Positions 1 to 13,859 of a DNA stretch of 64,000 nucleotides are shown here, piece by piece. A model generated the notes under the pieces. The model was not told the origin of the DNA. It did no database searches and saw nothing but the letters and a program-made list of their open reading frames with translations. Position numbers and translations under genes: made by a program. The stretch is from the human T2T-CHM13v2.0 reference genome, Homo sapiens, in NCBI RefSeq assembly GCF_009914755.1, contig NC_060926.1; one strand, given 5' to 3'. The stretch's first letter is position 1; each line of letters opens with the position of its first letter.

Positions 1-920
1 GAGGATACAGCAGTTTTCACTTTTGACCCACCAATTTTTCTTGTGATTGTCTTTCTTCTTGAATAAACATGGTACTTGTCTATTTCTTTCCCCAAATTCT
101 TTCACTAGTTTGGGGAGTTTTTTGTTTGTTTGTTTGTTTGTTTTTTCCTTATGCTCCTTTTCTTTAAATATAACTTTTTCTTTCAAACTTCCTTTCTTAG
201 TTTCCTTTTCTTTTTAAATGTTCTCCTTTGCTGTTATACCCACTTCCGTTTTTCAATAATCAGCCCCCATCAGTCTCACATCCATATTCTAGCTTCTATC
301 ATCAACACCCAAATTCAGGCTCCCAAATCCACCCGGGATTATGCAATGATATTTTTAAAACAAAAAAGTATTTGGAGTCACAAGCTTTCATCCAGGTTGC
401 ACAATTTTCCAGCTTTATCTCTTGCTTTATTCCGTGAAATTTTCTATTTGCAAAATGATGTCAGTTATCTCCCATGAATGATGTTTTCTGCAAAGAACAC
501 ATGCATATGAAAGTAAAAACAATTACTTCTTTTTAAATGTAAAGCTATTGCTCTATACATGAAGCTAACCTTCATAAAAATTTCCCTGTTTGGCTCAACG
601 ACACAGGAACCCACATCCTTTTAATTCTCAATTATATTCTGTTCTGTATTTTAATAACTTTTGCATTTGTTTTATCTCCACCCCCTTACCCACCTCTTGA
701 CTGTAAGTTCTAGGAATGCAGGGATTTATTTATGTATTCCATTGGTGCTTGAAACAATGTCTAACAAGTAAGAGGCCTTCACAAGTATTTGTTGGGCTAA
801 ACTGACAACTGGCTGTCATATATAAGAAAAAAAATAAAAACAAATTCTACTAAATTCATTATTTGTTAACAAAATGAGATGCATTAAGGTTTTCCAGTGA
901 ATCTGTGTTTCTGATGATGG

Positions 921-1039
921 ATGAGAATTAAATCTGTTCTGGGCTTGAAGGTCTGCAGGCAGACTGTGTCCGCCTTGGCTGTCAGTGCTCTAATTTGTAA
1001 TGAGAGAGTGGCTGTTGCTTCTCATTGTCGAGCATTAGA
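921..1039 (+). pseudogene. Exon A: MRIKSVLGLKVCRQTVSALAVSALICNERVAVASHCRALE
   Basis: Open frame from ATG 921, donor GA|gtaagc at 1040, ends phase 2. The 5' boundary is uncertain (alternative acceptors end at 897 or 950). Confidence 0.55.
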
Positions 1040-2271
1040 GTAAGCAAACCTACACTTTGTATCAATCATGCATGGCATGCATGCATCGTGTGTGCCTGCT
1101 GCCTCTTGAAGCTCCATTAGAAGAATATAACACTGGACAGAAACTGTCAAAGATGTGATCTGTCTGCATCCACCACTTTCTGTCTCCTGGTTGAATCATA
1201 GACTGACTAGAGATACTGGCATGCTGACAACACACAAGAGAGAGAAAACCCATAGATGTCATTCATGAATTGTATTTTATCTCTGTTTTGAAAGATTTGA
1301 ATTCCACATTTTGAATTTCTACATTCTAGCTACACCCCATATACGCAAATTTGTGCCAGCAAGAAGAATATGCAGATATTTTAATACTGAGGATGCTAGC
1401 AATGAGGTGTTATATTTTTTAAAAAAAGGTTTGACTTTTGTCTAATGACGCTTTGTGTGCTTCCATGGCTTGTTGTGACAAGTGTATGCACACACAATCT
1501 GCATCAGCTTTTCAATAGAGAGGCTATGATGTTGTCTTATTATTTAACATCAAAAATTAATGTGACCATTTAAAAAGTAAAACCGTAAAATTAAAATATA
1601 ATTAATATACCAATACTTAAAAAAATAAGCACCCAAAGTTGTCACAAAGAATGGTCTTATTCCTGTTATATCACTCTAGGTCCTTCATGTGAATCTTTAA
1701 ATAAGAGACTGACCAACATAGTGAACAAAATGTTTAGCTGTTTTCAAGAGATGCAGCTATTCTTATAGTGACCATTTATATTATTGCTACATTGTAAAAA
1801 AAAAATGGCAGTTTGACATTAAATTTTACTTTAGTGAAGTCATTACTATGTAACTTAGAGACTCTGCTTTCTTAAGAGGTAACAAAACAGCTTCTATAAA
1901 TAAAAAGAAAAAATAATTTCTATATGTATAATGTACCCTAAGATATTAGGTATAATGTCCCCTTAAATCTATGTCATTCAAATGTCTTAAGTAAGATTTT
2001 GGCAAATGTTGAATTGCCAATTTATAATTATGTATTCTGGTAACTCGAAGTGTCAATATTCTGCATTGCTATAATATCAATAGTAGAATGGATATTTTGC
2101 ATTAAAATATGTTATTCACAAATATATTCTTTCACATGGAATTAAATTCCACTTCTTTTGTCAGTGTGACATAAGGGGCCTCAAATTATTTAACTGATTG
2201 AGCATTATGATTTGGGAAATTTTATAGGTGCTATTAATTAACTATATTGGCCATAAAAGACCATTAATATT

Positions 2272-3015
<744 letters not shown>

Positions 3016-4139
3016 GTATTTCTTTTGTACGGTGAATTATTTTTAGTTATGTCTGGGAACTCACAATTTCTTTTCATAGAAACCATTAGTCTTGAGAATC
3101 ATAGAGTGTGCAGATCAGTTAAACACTTATGAACATTCATAGAATTGAATACTACATAATTACCAAAATCATAATGCACTTTTTAATTCTATCTTAAAAA
3201 ATGTTTAACAAAAATTGATTAAAATAATGAAGATAATGTAATGCCCTTAAAACATTTTACTTATAGCAGGTATTACATTTTCTGTTTTTAGATTTGGGAT
3301 AGAAAAAAATAAAAATTTACACTAAAGTTAATATACACTTTACCTCTATTTCTACATGGTAGGAATGAATCTAATGAACTTCAAAAAATATTATAGTTGC
3401 TAGTGGCTTCTTAGTCATTTTGAGTTTAAACAGTGGAAAACATTTTTGGTTCTTGGTGTTCTATCATGGTTCTGCTGGTTTGTGGATCACAATGCTTTTA
3501 GTTGTTATAATAAGAACATAAATAACTCAGAGTAGCTTAAACCGTTGAGGAAAGATGTCTGCTCACAAAATTCTAGAGTTTAGTCAGATTCATTAATGTT
3601 CTAGTTAAGGATCTGGCTCCAGTTAAAAAAAAAATCTCTCCGTGCTATCCTTCTGCATTGTCAACTTTATCATAAAGATGAATTTCCTCATTGTTACTAC
3701 ATGGCTGAGAACAGCAACTGAGACAAATATTCATATGTAGGCTTGGAGAAGGAGAGGATTTTCCACAACCATCAATCAATGCATCCATTTGATTGGCCCA
3801 ACTTCATTCACATGCCCAGTCCTGAACCAAATGCTATGGAAAAAAAATAAGTTATTAGATCAATCAGATTCTCTTTCTCAGATATAGAGTCAATTCCATT
3901 CAAACTGTATGTCTAGGACATAATGAAGGAGTAGGTAGGTAAAAGGGATAATGCAGAGGTAACCACCTGTCAACTTTAGTCCCACCTGGCATTTGTTAAC
4001 ATCTTTTCCTATTCGTTTCTCGAGATGGCTTTTAGCTCCATCCCCAGACCTTATGGTTAAAAGTGTCATCTTGTGTCATGCTTCCTCAATCATTAGATAG
4101 ACACCTTTTCAGGCCTCTGGTTCTTGCTTGAGGCTAGTC

Positions 4140-4560
4140 TCTTTTCTTTTCTTTAATCCATCATCAATTCTTAAAGATTCTCAGCCTTTTTCCCTTTCAC
4201 TCTGTTTTCTCCATCTGGAAGTTCAAATAGTCATATGTTGAGCCTTCTCCTTCTATTTTCATGTTTCAAATTTTCCTTTCATATTTTTCTGCTTTTTATT
4301 CTCTATCTCCTTCTCTTTCTCTGTTTCTCTCTCTGTTCCTTTCTCTCTGTCTGTCTAGATAATTTCCTCAGAAATATTTCCCATTGTACAGATTATCTTC
4401 CTAATTGTATTCAATCTTCTATTTAGCCGATCTTTAAGTCATTATTTTCAATGCCACATTTTTTTTTCACTTATGGAATTACCTTTTGGTGAATTTTCAA
4501 ATCCTCCTATACTTTCAGATAATATTTTCTATTTTCATATGTTTTCTGTTCTGTGTTTAT
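4140..4560 (-). mobile_element. Old L1M fragment
   Basis: T-rich text resembling antisense L1 ORF1 region (tctccatctggaagttcaaatagtcatatgttgagcc). Highly diverged, boundaries approximate. Confidence 0.5.
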
Positions 4561-5279
4561 TTTATTTAATTTAAATGTACAGTTTTTTATTTCATGGCCT
4601 TCTAGAAACTTAGTAAGCTAACTGCTCAGTCTACTGTGTCTGCTGTCTTTTCTTCCCAGGGGACAATTTCCCATTTGCTTTCCAGATTTTGGTTGCAAGC
4701 CTCTACTCAGCAAGGGCTGTTTTCTCCTGTGGAAATGTGTCCACATTCTAGTACCTTCCCTGCTAAGTATAGCTCTTGCCTCTTCTCTGGGTCCCAAGAG
4801 CTCACTGGCTCAGGATCCAGTTTACTTTCGTGTCTTAGCTTGAGATTCCTTCCTCATGTCAGCAGATGGTTTTTGATTCCACAACCATCAACTATCTACA
4901 TTTAAGTTTCACCTTCCGGCACTCCCCTGAGCAAGATAGGCAACGCCTTGCAGTCCATTCTTGAGGTCTGACTTTCTAGGAACCTTCACTTGCAGCATAA
5001 GGGGACTTTGTTTCCTTTATTTCTCTTATAGAACTTGTATTAATATATTTACTGATGTCTTATTTTATTTCTAATATTTATGCTCTTTTAAAAAGATGAA
5101 GATTCTTAATGCTTCAGAATTAAAAGCTTAAAAGTGAATTTCAAGTTCCCAATGTTCACTCTACTTTAAATCACACCATTCTAAACCTTTTCTCTAACAA
5201 TAGTGAATAACTATCTGTTTTTCATGTTTTTTTAAATGAGGGATAATTTAAAAAAATAAAATATAATAAAAAATAAATG

Positions 5280-5480
5280 TACTGAGCCCCTATTTTATTC
5301 ATATAGATTTTCTCTATAATTATGCAAGCTCTGAAAGTTGGCATTATCATTATAATTTCACAAATGAGAACACTGAAATACAGAAAAGCTAAGTAACTTG
5401 CCCACAGTCATTCAGCTAGTGATTGACGGTGAATGCTGGAATCTGATACTGTCTGAGCTCAAACACGGAGCTTTCCACCA
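5280..5480 (-). mobile_element. MIR
   Basis: Core tttcacaaatgagaacactgaaatacagaaaagctaagtaacttgcccacagtca. Confidence 0.85.
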
Positions 5481-5649
5481 AGACTTGTAACTGCCAGTAA
5501 AATCAATCTAACCACTCAGCTGTCTATGATATGGCTACTACTCATAATGAATCTTTACTGTATCAGATAAAAGCTAAGGAACTCCAATAACATCATTCAC
5601 TTATGACAATAAAAGTTGCAGAATAAATTATGCATATTTGCTTATGGAG

Positions 5650-5885
5650 AGGTGGTTAACATGACTAACTTTGGATCATATATCTGGTGTTCAAAACCTA
5701 GCTCTGTGTGACCATGGACATGGTAGTTAAACTCTGTAAGCCTCATTTGTCTTATCTACAAGATGAACATCAAGTAGTATTTTCTTGATTTGTTTTGGTG
5801 GCCTAAATTAGCAAATACATATAAAGCCCTTAGAATAGTACCTGATACTTATCACGAAGCTGTATATATGTTAGCTATTATTAAT
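5650..5885 (+). mobile_element. MIR
   Basis: Core tgtgtgaccatggacatggtagttaaactctgtaagcctcatttgtcttatctacaaga and cttagaatagtacctga tail. Confidence 0.8.
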
Positions 5886-6546
5886 TAAATTATTCATATG
5901 GCAGTACCTTGCATCAGTTCATCTATGATTGATAAAATATTTAGTAGGTATCAAATATGGCCACAAAATTCTCAAATTTGTGAAATGCAATGTGTTTACC
6001 TTTTCTAAATGGACCTGTTCATTAAAGTCCTTTATCATTAGCAGCTGTACTTTCTTATAGCAAAATATTTTTTATACTTTCAATTTGTGGAAACCTAAGA
6101 AGTGTATCACAATTTTATTGAGGTTCCTGTTTACTTAAATGAAATAAAAATACTTCCACTATTTTCTGAAATAAAAGTTCCTATGCACATTTTCAATGCC
6201 TGGGTTTTACTCTTTTCCAACAAATTACTGACATCAGCACTGATTCTCTTACTGTAATTTACATATTGGAATGCCGTGAACACATAAATAAACAATAACA
6301 TGCTATAAGGAATATACTTTGAAATGCAATATCATAGAGTTAATAATAATTTTATGTATTTCCATGAAGAACGCTTAAACACACACTTATGATTAAGTTC
6401 TCAGTAAGTGATCTCTGCTAACATTTCAGTGACCTGTGTCTTTAACATTTCTTTTTAATTTAACTAATAACGCCTCTTCATGGGACTGGCACTAATTAAT
6501 CCCTGTATGATGAAAACAGTGTTTGTGTTGTTTTTATTTTTCACAG

Positions 6547-6591
6547 ACAACACCATTTAAAGATTTCTGTTTTTGAAGAGTTTCCCATCAG
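6547..6591 (+). pseudogene. Exon B: QHHLKISVFEEFPIR
   Basis: Acceptor tttttatttttcacag, donor AG|gtgggc, 45 nt, phase 2->2, open. Confidence 0.7.
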
Positions 6592-7722
6592 GTGGGCACA
6601 GATCCAGTAATTTTAACTTCACCCACACATATTGGGTTCTCCTGTATTCAAAGTGCTAGGAAGCTATTGTAAAGTGAGAGGGAGAATCAATAGCTGAGAG
6701 TGAGAGGTAAGTGGAGGATGTTGGGGTCGCAAGTGTTTGGAGACTTAGAATAGTACTGTGGGAGATAGGGGATCAGCAAGATATGGATAAAAGGATACAT
6801 AAAAGTTTAAAACAGACTCTCAATATCGTTTAATAGTTTTCTTCCACAGGACTCAGCCATCTAAGATTGACTGAGTAGAGGGGTCAAGAGTGTCTCCATA
6901 ATGTTTCTAAGCAGGGATGAAATAAATTAAAAGGAGAACATATAGCTAGAGACATAGAAAAAGTTTCTAGTCTATAGCTCTCCAGGAGGTAAGGGAAAAG
7001 CAGATTGATCAGATTTAGTGAAAAGTGGAGGAAGTAATGTCTGACAGATTATAGATAAGTAGAAATTTACAGCTAGAAAATTTTAGACATGAGAACATTT
7101 TTTGAGAAAAAAAAATTCAAAATAGACCTTGATGATCATAAGTGAGGTAGGGTAAGGATGGAGATGAAATATTACCTTCAGGCAGAGATTACCTGGCTTA
7201 TTCGTTCACTCATTCATCCATTTATTTAATTAGACAGCAGAGATTTACTGACTCTTGAAGTGGATCCAGGTTTCATGGGGCTCAAGCAATTCTGTGGCCC
7301 TTAGGAAAATTATATAAAATTACAAATGTGTTATAAGTATACAATTAGATAAAAGCTGTAGAAGGGGCTCATGCAATTCAGAGGACTTAAAACATAATCT
7401 GAATTGGCTTTTTAGTAAATATATCTTTTGTTAAGTGCCCATATTTCAGATACTGTGGCAGGCACAGTAGATACCATGGAGAAATAGCACAGTGAGATTT
7501 AATATCTTACACAAAATCTGTACTGAAATACACATAAACCCATATGCACCCACACACATAGACTATCATAAGTCAAATATCTACCATGTTATTTGAGCAT
7601 GAGAAATGATTTTATTTCCAATGAAAATAATGTATTTATTGTTCTCAGTGAAGTCCTAGGGATCTTTGGGCTGCATGTGGGCTTCTTCAACATAATGCTT
7701 GCTATTACATTTCATTATTTCA

Positions 7723-7724
<2 letters not shown>

Positions 7725-7754
<30 letters not shown>

Positions 7755-8018
7755 TTGAGATGGAGTTTCACTCTGTCACCCAGGCTGGAGTACAGTGTTG
7801 CAATCTGCCTCCTGGGTTCAAGCAATTCTCCTGCCTCAGCCTCCCAAATAGCTGAGATTACAGGTGCATGACCACGCTCAGCTAATTTTTGTATTTTTAT
7901 TAGAGACGGGGTTTCCCTATGTGGGCCAAGCTAGTATCAAACTCCTGACCTCAAGTGATCTGCCCACCTCAGCCTTCCAAAGTGCTGGGATTACAGGCAT
8001 GAGCCACTGTGCCTGGCC
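7725..8018 (-). mobile_element. AluS-type SINE with small internal deletion
   Basis: Poly-T then gagatggagtttcactctgtcacccaggctgg...gagccactgtgcctggcc. Confidence 0.97.
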
Positions 8019-8214
8019 TCATTTTATTCATAAATGAAAGAATAGTGAGGAAAGAATAGTAGGGCTCAAACAATCTTCAATTGTCATTGCAATACACTGG
8101 TTGAAATCTCCTGATGGTCCAGTGTCTTTATTTATGCAATACTTACCCTCTACTCTCCCCTCCAGAACAATTAACAGAAGTTTGTCTCCTATCTTTTCTT
8201 TTTCCATTAAAAGA

Positions 8215-9100
8215 AAAACTCTGTTTCTTGACCCTCCAACACTTCTGATATCAAATGTGCAAGTTTTCCACACCAAGCAATTCTCCAGTTCACAAGACTA
8301 ACTGCATGTCTTAAAATGTAACTCAATTCTGACACTAGCTATCTGGAGTTAGCACAAACTCCACATGTTAAGGGCTCAGTCCCAGAAGACTTCCCCTTCT
8401 TCAGATGCTAATTGCAAGTCCCAGATTGTCCCCTCTCAGTTCCGATCAACCAGCTCTAAATCAAGGTTTTCTACAACCTCCTCCTCATGTTTCATAGTTT
8501 GCTATAACAATTCACAAACCTCAGAGAAACACTTATGTTCACCAGTTTATTTTAAAAGATATTACAAAGGTCAGATTGGGCAAGGTCTGGAAGGGTCCTG
8601 AGCACAGGAGCTTCTGTCCTTGTGGGTTTGGTATATACCACCCCCTTGGCATATGTCTGTGTTCCTCAACCTGGAAGCTCTCCAAACCTTATTGTTTAGG
8701 GTTTTTAGGGAGGCTTCATAACATTGGAAGATTGATTACCTCATTGGCCACTGATAAGTAAGGTAATTTCCAGCCTCTCTTCCCTTCCTGGAGGTGGGGG
8801 GGGTGAAGAAATTCCAACTCTCTAATCATGGCCTGGCCTTTCTTTCCAGCCCCCAACCTGATGCTCTCTAGGGACCCTCAGCCACTAGGCATCTCAGTAG
8901 CATACAAAAAGACACTCTTAATGCTCTGGAGATTCCAAGAGTCTTAGGAGTGCTTGTGTCAGGAACCAGAGATTAAGACCAAATACTATAATAAAAGATG
9001 CTCCTATTGCCCCCATCACTCAGGAAGTAACCAGGGTTTTAGAAGCTCTATGTTAGAAAAGTGGGGGCAGAGATCAAATATACATTTATTATTATATGTT
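8215..9100. mobile_element. ERVL LTR (MER21-like)
   Basis: Motif caattctgacactagctatctggagttagcacaaactccacatgttaagggctcagtccc and twice-repeated ggagattccaagagtcttagg-like block. Family recalled from memory. Confidence 0.75.
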
Positions 9101-10074
9101 GCACCTGTTCACTACAAAATGAAATAAATCAGAGATACTGAAGAAGAAATAAAAAACAAAATGTTTTTATAAATCACAAACAGTATGGCATTAAATCAAT
9201 AAATGAAGTGTTTTTGGCATTATCACTATAACTTATTTACCAGTGCTATTGAAAGAGAACATTGTTTTAGATGCAATCTTGCTTTATGCTGAAATCTCTC
9301 TATGTCCTGTAAAATGTTGTTAATATAATAATGACAATACCAATGATAATAGTGGAATAATATTTTCCAGTTACAGAACACTTCTCTTCAAAATAAGTGG
9401 GCTAACAGTAGTCCTGATTTCGTTGCTTATTAAAACAGTTAAAATAATAGGTTTCTGATTTGCATAAGCTGCAGATTAATGGTGTTTACTGAGCAGTGGA
9501 ACTTGTACTTATATTCAGAATGCCAATGGCAGGAGACATATGAAAGTCAGAGGCATCCTGTCCTACTGTAAACCAGTCACATGTTTATTCTTGGCAAAAA
9601 TGATAAAAGCACATTAGCATAGCACCTCAGCCAAGCTTAATGTGGAAATAACTAATTGAAAATCCTGGAGGTTCATGTAAGAATAAAGTGACTACTTTGT
9701 TTATTTAATTAAAGCAAAAGTAACTTTTTAATGATCCATTTAAAGCCAAAGACACTTGAAAAACTGGAAACACTTATAGTCTTATTGAAAATTATAAACT
9801 TGCTTTGGATATTTAAATAAAAGTCATAAAAAATGATAATGCCTTTATAAGCCCCTACAAGAGAAAAAATTGGTATTTTTCATTTCACCTTTCTCTCTCT
9901 CTCTCTATCAAATCCTCTTTCTCCCTAATAAAAGATAGCATTCATCTGTTAATGTTGACATTCCTAGAGAAGAAGCTACACCATGTCATTTGATACACAA
10001 CAAGGGAAGATGAATATAGTGTATTCCAGCCATAACAGCCTGTGTTTCTTTCCAAGGCTGCTTTTTCCCCCTAG

Positions 10075-10185
10075 ACTAATCCTCTGGTCCTTCAGACATA
10101 ATGAATGAGCTGAGGGACTTGCAAGAGATTCAGTGTCATTTGTATTTTATCTTCAAGAAACAACTGAACCCTTTGACAAAGATCA
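10075..10185 (+). pseudogene. Exon C: LILWSFRHNE*AEGLARDSVSFVFYLQETTEPFDKDQ
   Basis: Acceptor ctttttccccctag, donor CA|gtatgc, 111 nt, phase 2->2, one TGA. Confidence 0.7.
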
Positions 10186-12145
10186 GTATGCACAGAAATA
10201 AATGCTTCCTGTAATGAAGTGTTGAAGGTGACTTATGTCAGTAATTGATACAAGCATAGTTTTTTAAGGCTACAAAGATTGCTCCCTAGGTATTTATTCC
10301 TTCTATCTTGGATTTTGTGATGGTGAGGCAGGTCCTGCAGATTTTGAAAGAAGGATTTAAATGAAAAGCTCCTTGAAAGACTTAGCAGTTTAATGTTTTA
10401 TTCAGGACAGTTTTGCAACTTCATAAAGAAATAAAGGATGCTTAAACATAAGGTGATATATATGGGGGGTTGGATTTTGTGGTGTGTGTTCTTGGCTTGA
10501 AAACATACATATAAGTAGACATTCTTATTCAAAACTATGTCCTTAGTTTTGAAGATTTCAACAGAAATTCCAAATCTAGGCATATTTTAGGGGAAAACAA
10601 CATGCCATAGATGTTGTCTTAGCATCTTCACCTCTACATAATTCTATCTCTCTATGAACATTCCATCTTACAACCTCACCAAATGTAATTTATTCCTCTG
10701 GCTATTTGCTTCTATTCCCATGCAGTTCAATAACTCAACTTATGTTCAGACTGTCTAATAGTCCAGACTGCTTTATTTTCCAGCTTGGCATTTATAAAGC
10801 ATTTTGTACCCTTTAACACTATCAAGAATGCAGCCTAGTTGTAGGCAGTGAAGATAATATTTTCAATATATTAACTTATTTGTTCACTCAACATAGACTG
10901 ACAGTAAGGACTTTTATGTATTAATATATAAGTACACTCATATCCTGTTTGGTTTGATTGACTGCATATATGCATAACATTTAAAAAAAATACCAAAAAA
11001 TTTGGGAAGAAAGTAAAAGTTCCCTGAAATCCCATTAACTGTATATCACCAATATTAATACATGCTTAGAACTCTTTCATCCATCTCTTTATGAAGACAT
11101 ACACGATTTTATATCAATGGGATTACACGTAGAAGATGATTTTCCTTGTGGATCCTTCTGCTTTGGGTGTATTTCCCATATTTTTCCTCCTTCTTGTTTT
11201 CACCACCAGGGACATCAAGATTACCTGATGTATATCCTTTCTTCTTTTTTTCCATGCTCAATGAATCATGCACACACTTGCCTAGATTTTTGTTCTAATT
11301 TTTCTCATTTTGTATATTTAGTTTATACAAATTAGATCATATTCTAGACACTTGTCTATATCTTGCTTTTCTTAGTTAACAATAAAACAAGAAATTATTC
11401 CATGTCTTATGAGAGAGTGCTAACTTATTTCTAAATTTATATATTATTTTTAATGGATCTATAGTTTATTTATTCATTTTCCTATTAATGAGTGCTCAGT
11501 TTGTTTCTATATATATTTTTGCCCTTGAAAGCAACATTGTCATAAATATTCTATACATGTCTCCCTATTAATTTACTGTTTTATTTAATGAAGTAGGGAA
11601 TTCAAGAATGAAACTGGTGTGGTAAAGAGTAGGTGCCCTTTACATCTTAATACTAATTTTCCTAACAATATTGGATACTTCTTCTGTGAATTGATTATTT
11701 AAGTCCTTTGCTCTTTCTTATTTCAATTACATTTTTAAAAGCAAATTTAAGTTCTTATGTTTATAAAAGACCTTTGTATATTGTAGATTTTAATCTGTTT
11801 TCTTATTTGTTTTGTAATATATTTTTTCCAATGAGATTTTCTGGTTGGATCTCAAGAGAGAGGGAGATACAAGATTGATTCTGTCAGTAAGAAAACAGCT
11901 CAGATCTAGGCAGGGGAAAGCCTGGTGCAAGAATCAAATCTTGAATTTCATAAAAATAATGACCATCAAAGAACTATGGATCTGCTTTCATGGTTCTCTG
12001 TGATAAATCGGTTTCTCTGTTCTTCCTTGTGGAAAGTTCCCTGTTGTTTATACGTCTTATGCTTTATTTGGTTTCCTCATAGCACCTCGTTAAGAAAACT
12101 GAAAAATAGAGATTTCCTCTTTGAAATCTAAATATCTAAAACCAG

Positions 12146-12244
12146 AACTGTGGGTCTTCCTTTATACAGAGAAAAATATATTTTAAAAAACTCAGAAAAA
12201 GACCCAGTTGGACTAAAAAAAATCTATATTTATTCAGCATTATG
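12146..12244 (+). pseudogene. Exon D: TVGLPLYREKYILKNSEKDPVGLKKIYIYSALW
   Basis: Consensus donor TG|gtaagt, weak acceptor aaaaccag, 99 nt, phase 2->2, open. Confidence 0.6.
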
Positions 12245-12850
12245 GTAAGTGTGACTTCTGTTGACTTTAGGAGAAATTAAGGGTACAGAACTCTTAGGAA
12301 TCAGATAACTGGAGAAACACTTACCTTATAAATAATTAAAATTGAAACAAACTTCAAGTAAGATTAAATTGACTTAACTTTCTGGTAAGTGTTGAATTTC
12401 CTGTGATTTAATATAGAAATAAAAGAGCTTTCTTAATAATATGTGGTGCTATTATCTATTAAAAATAAAAAATTAGTCAAAAGTCATGAAATAGGTATAG
12501 TTAATTATAAATAAATTAAAATATGAACTTCATAGGAATTAATGGTGGTTTACAAAACTTATTTTTAATTTTTTCTTTCTTTCTCATTATTTTTTCTAAA
12601 ATAAACTCTCTGAGGCTCCTCACAAAAACAAATTTAGCTTTCATTTTCATACTTTCCAAACCTATAATAACAAAACAAAATTGAGCTTTTGTTTTTAGAG
12701 CAGCAGCCTTAATTCACTGTATACCTTTAGCAGAAGTTAAAAATAATTTTCAGTTAAATATTAAGATTGCTGAGATTATTTTAAAGTCTGAAATCACATA
12801 GACATTTGCATAGTACTGTGTTTTGACACAACGATACTGCTCCTTTCTAG

Positions 12851-12918
12851 GTGCAGGAAGGAATTGGAGTTCACTGGAGAATAAGAAGAGTTACAAAAGC
12901 CATGTAATAGAGAGTTAG
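12851..12918 (+). pseudogene. Exon E: CRKELEFTGE*EELQKPCNRELE (dead donor)
   Basis: Acceptor ctcctttctag. Followed by AG|atgagt, read as gtgagt with a G>A change. 68 nt, phase 2->1, matching exons D and F. Confidence 0.6.
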
Positions 12919-13289
12919 ATGAGTTCTTGGAGATTATCAATTTCAGTCACCCCTTCCTGCTGAAGAGGTCATAGAAACTCAAGGAGGCGAGACTACCTGG
13001 TCTAAGGCACACAGCTAATCATTAGTGGGGGCAAGTGAAACATGATAAATATTCTACTACTTTAAACACACAGTTTCGACCATTCTTGTTTATAGCTTTC
13101 TTACCACTTATTTCACTTACATTAATATTTAAACTCTACAGAGCAGTCATTTAACCGATATTGATTAGATAACTTTTAAATATAGCAACATCATCTCTGA
13201 AGGTATGAATTCATTCATCTAAAAAGTATTTAGCATTTTTTTCTGGTACTCAACTCTACATTTCCTGAATGTGAATGCCAGAACTGCTG

Positions 13290-13475
13290 ATTCTTAAATG
13301 GGTAAATATAGGCAAATTTCTTCATTTCTTGGACGCTCTATTTTCTCATCAGGAAAATGGGAATGATAATAGTGTTTACTTCATAGAGTTGGTGTGATAA
13401 TTAAATGGGTTAATATACATAAGTCACTTACAACAATGTGTGGAACATAAAAAGTACTATACCAGGGTTTGCTAT
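13290..13475 (+). mobile_element. MIR
   Basis: ggcaaatttcttcatttc...ttttctcatcaggaaaatgggaatgataatag core. Confidence 0.75.
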
Positions 13476-13593
13476 CAGTATCCCTGAGCAAGTATAATGT
13501 GCCAGACTCAGGTATTGTCTACATTTGGTTGTTGTTCCATCACTGACGTCAAGGGACTGGAGTTTGTGAAGAGATGAACAGAAAGACTAATAG

Positions 13594-13626
13594 ACACACA
13601 CACATACACACACACACACACACACA
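13594..13626. repeat. (CA)n microsatellite
   Basis: Direct reading. Confidence 0.95.
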
Positions 13627-13859
13627 TATTAAAATGTGGTAAGGACTAAGATTGAGGAAAATCTGGAGTGTTGATTGTGCAGAAGATAATTTCAGGAATT
13701 AAAAGTGCAGCGTTTTACATGGTCCAGTATGTATACTCTAAAGGGACAGGGACTTGGTAACTTTTATGTCCACAGGGTATGTGGTGCCTGGTTTGGTTTC
13801 TGACTCATATCTATTTATAAATATTTTGTGAGTGAATGAATTACAAGGAATTTTTATTT

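Noticed and set aside
130-477. 115-aa Phe/Leu-rich ORF
   Set aside because: Arises from T-rich low-complexity sequence, non-ATG start, no family resemblance.
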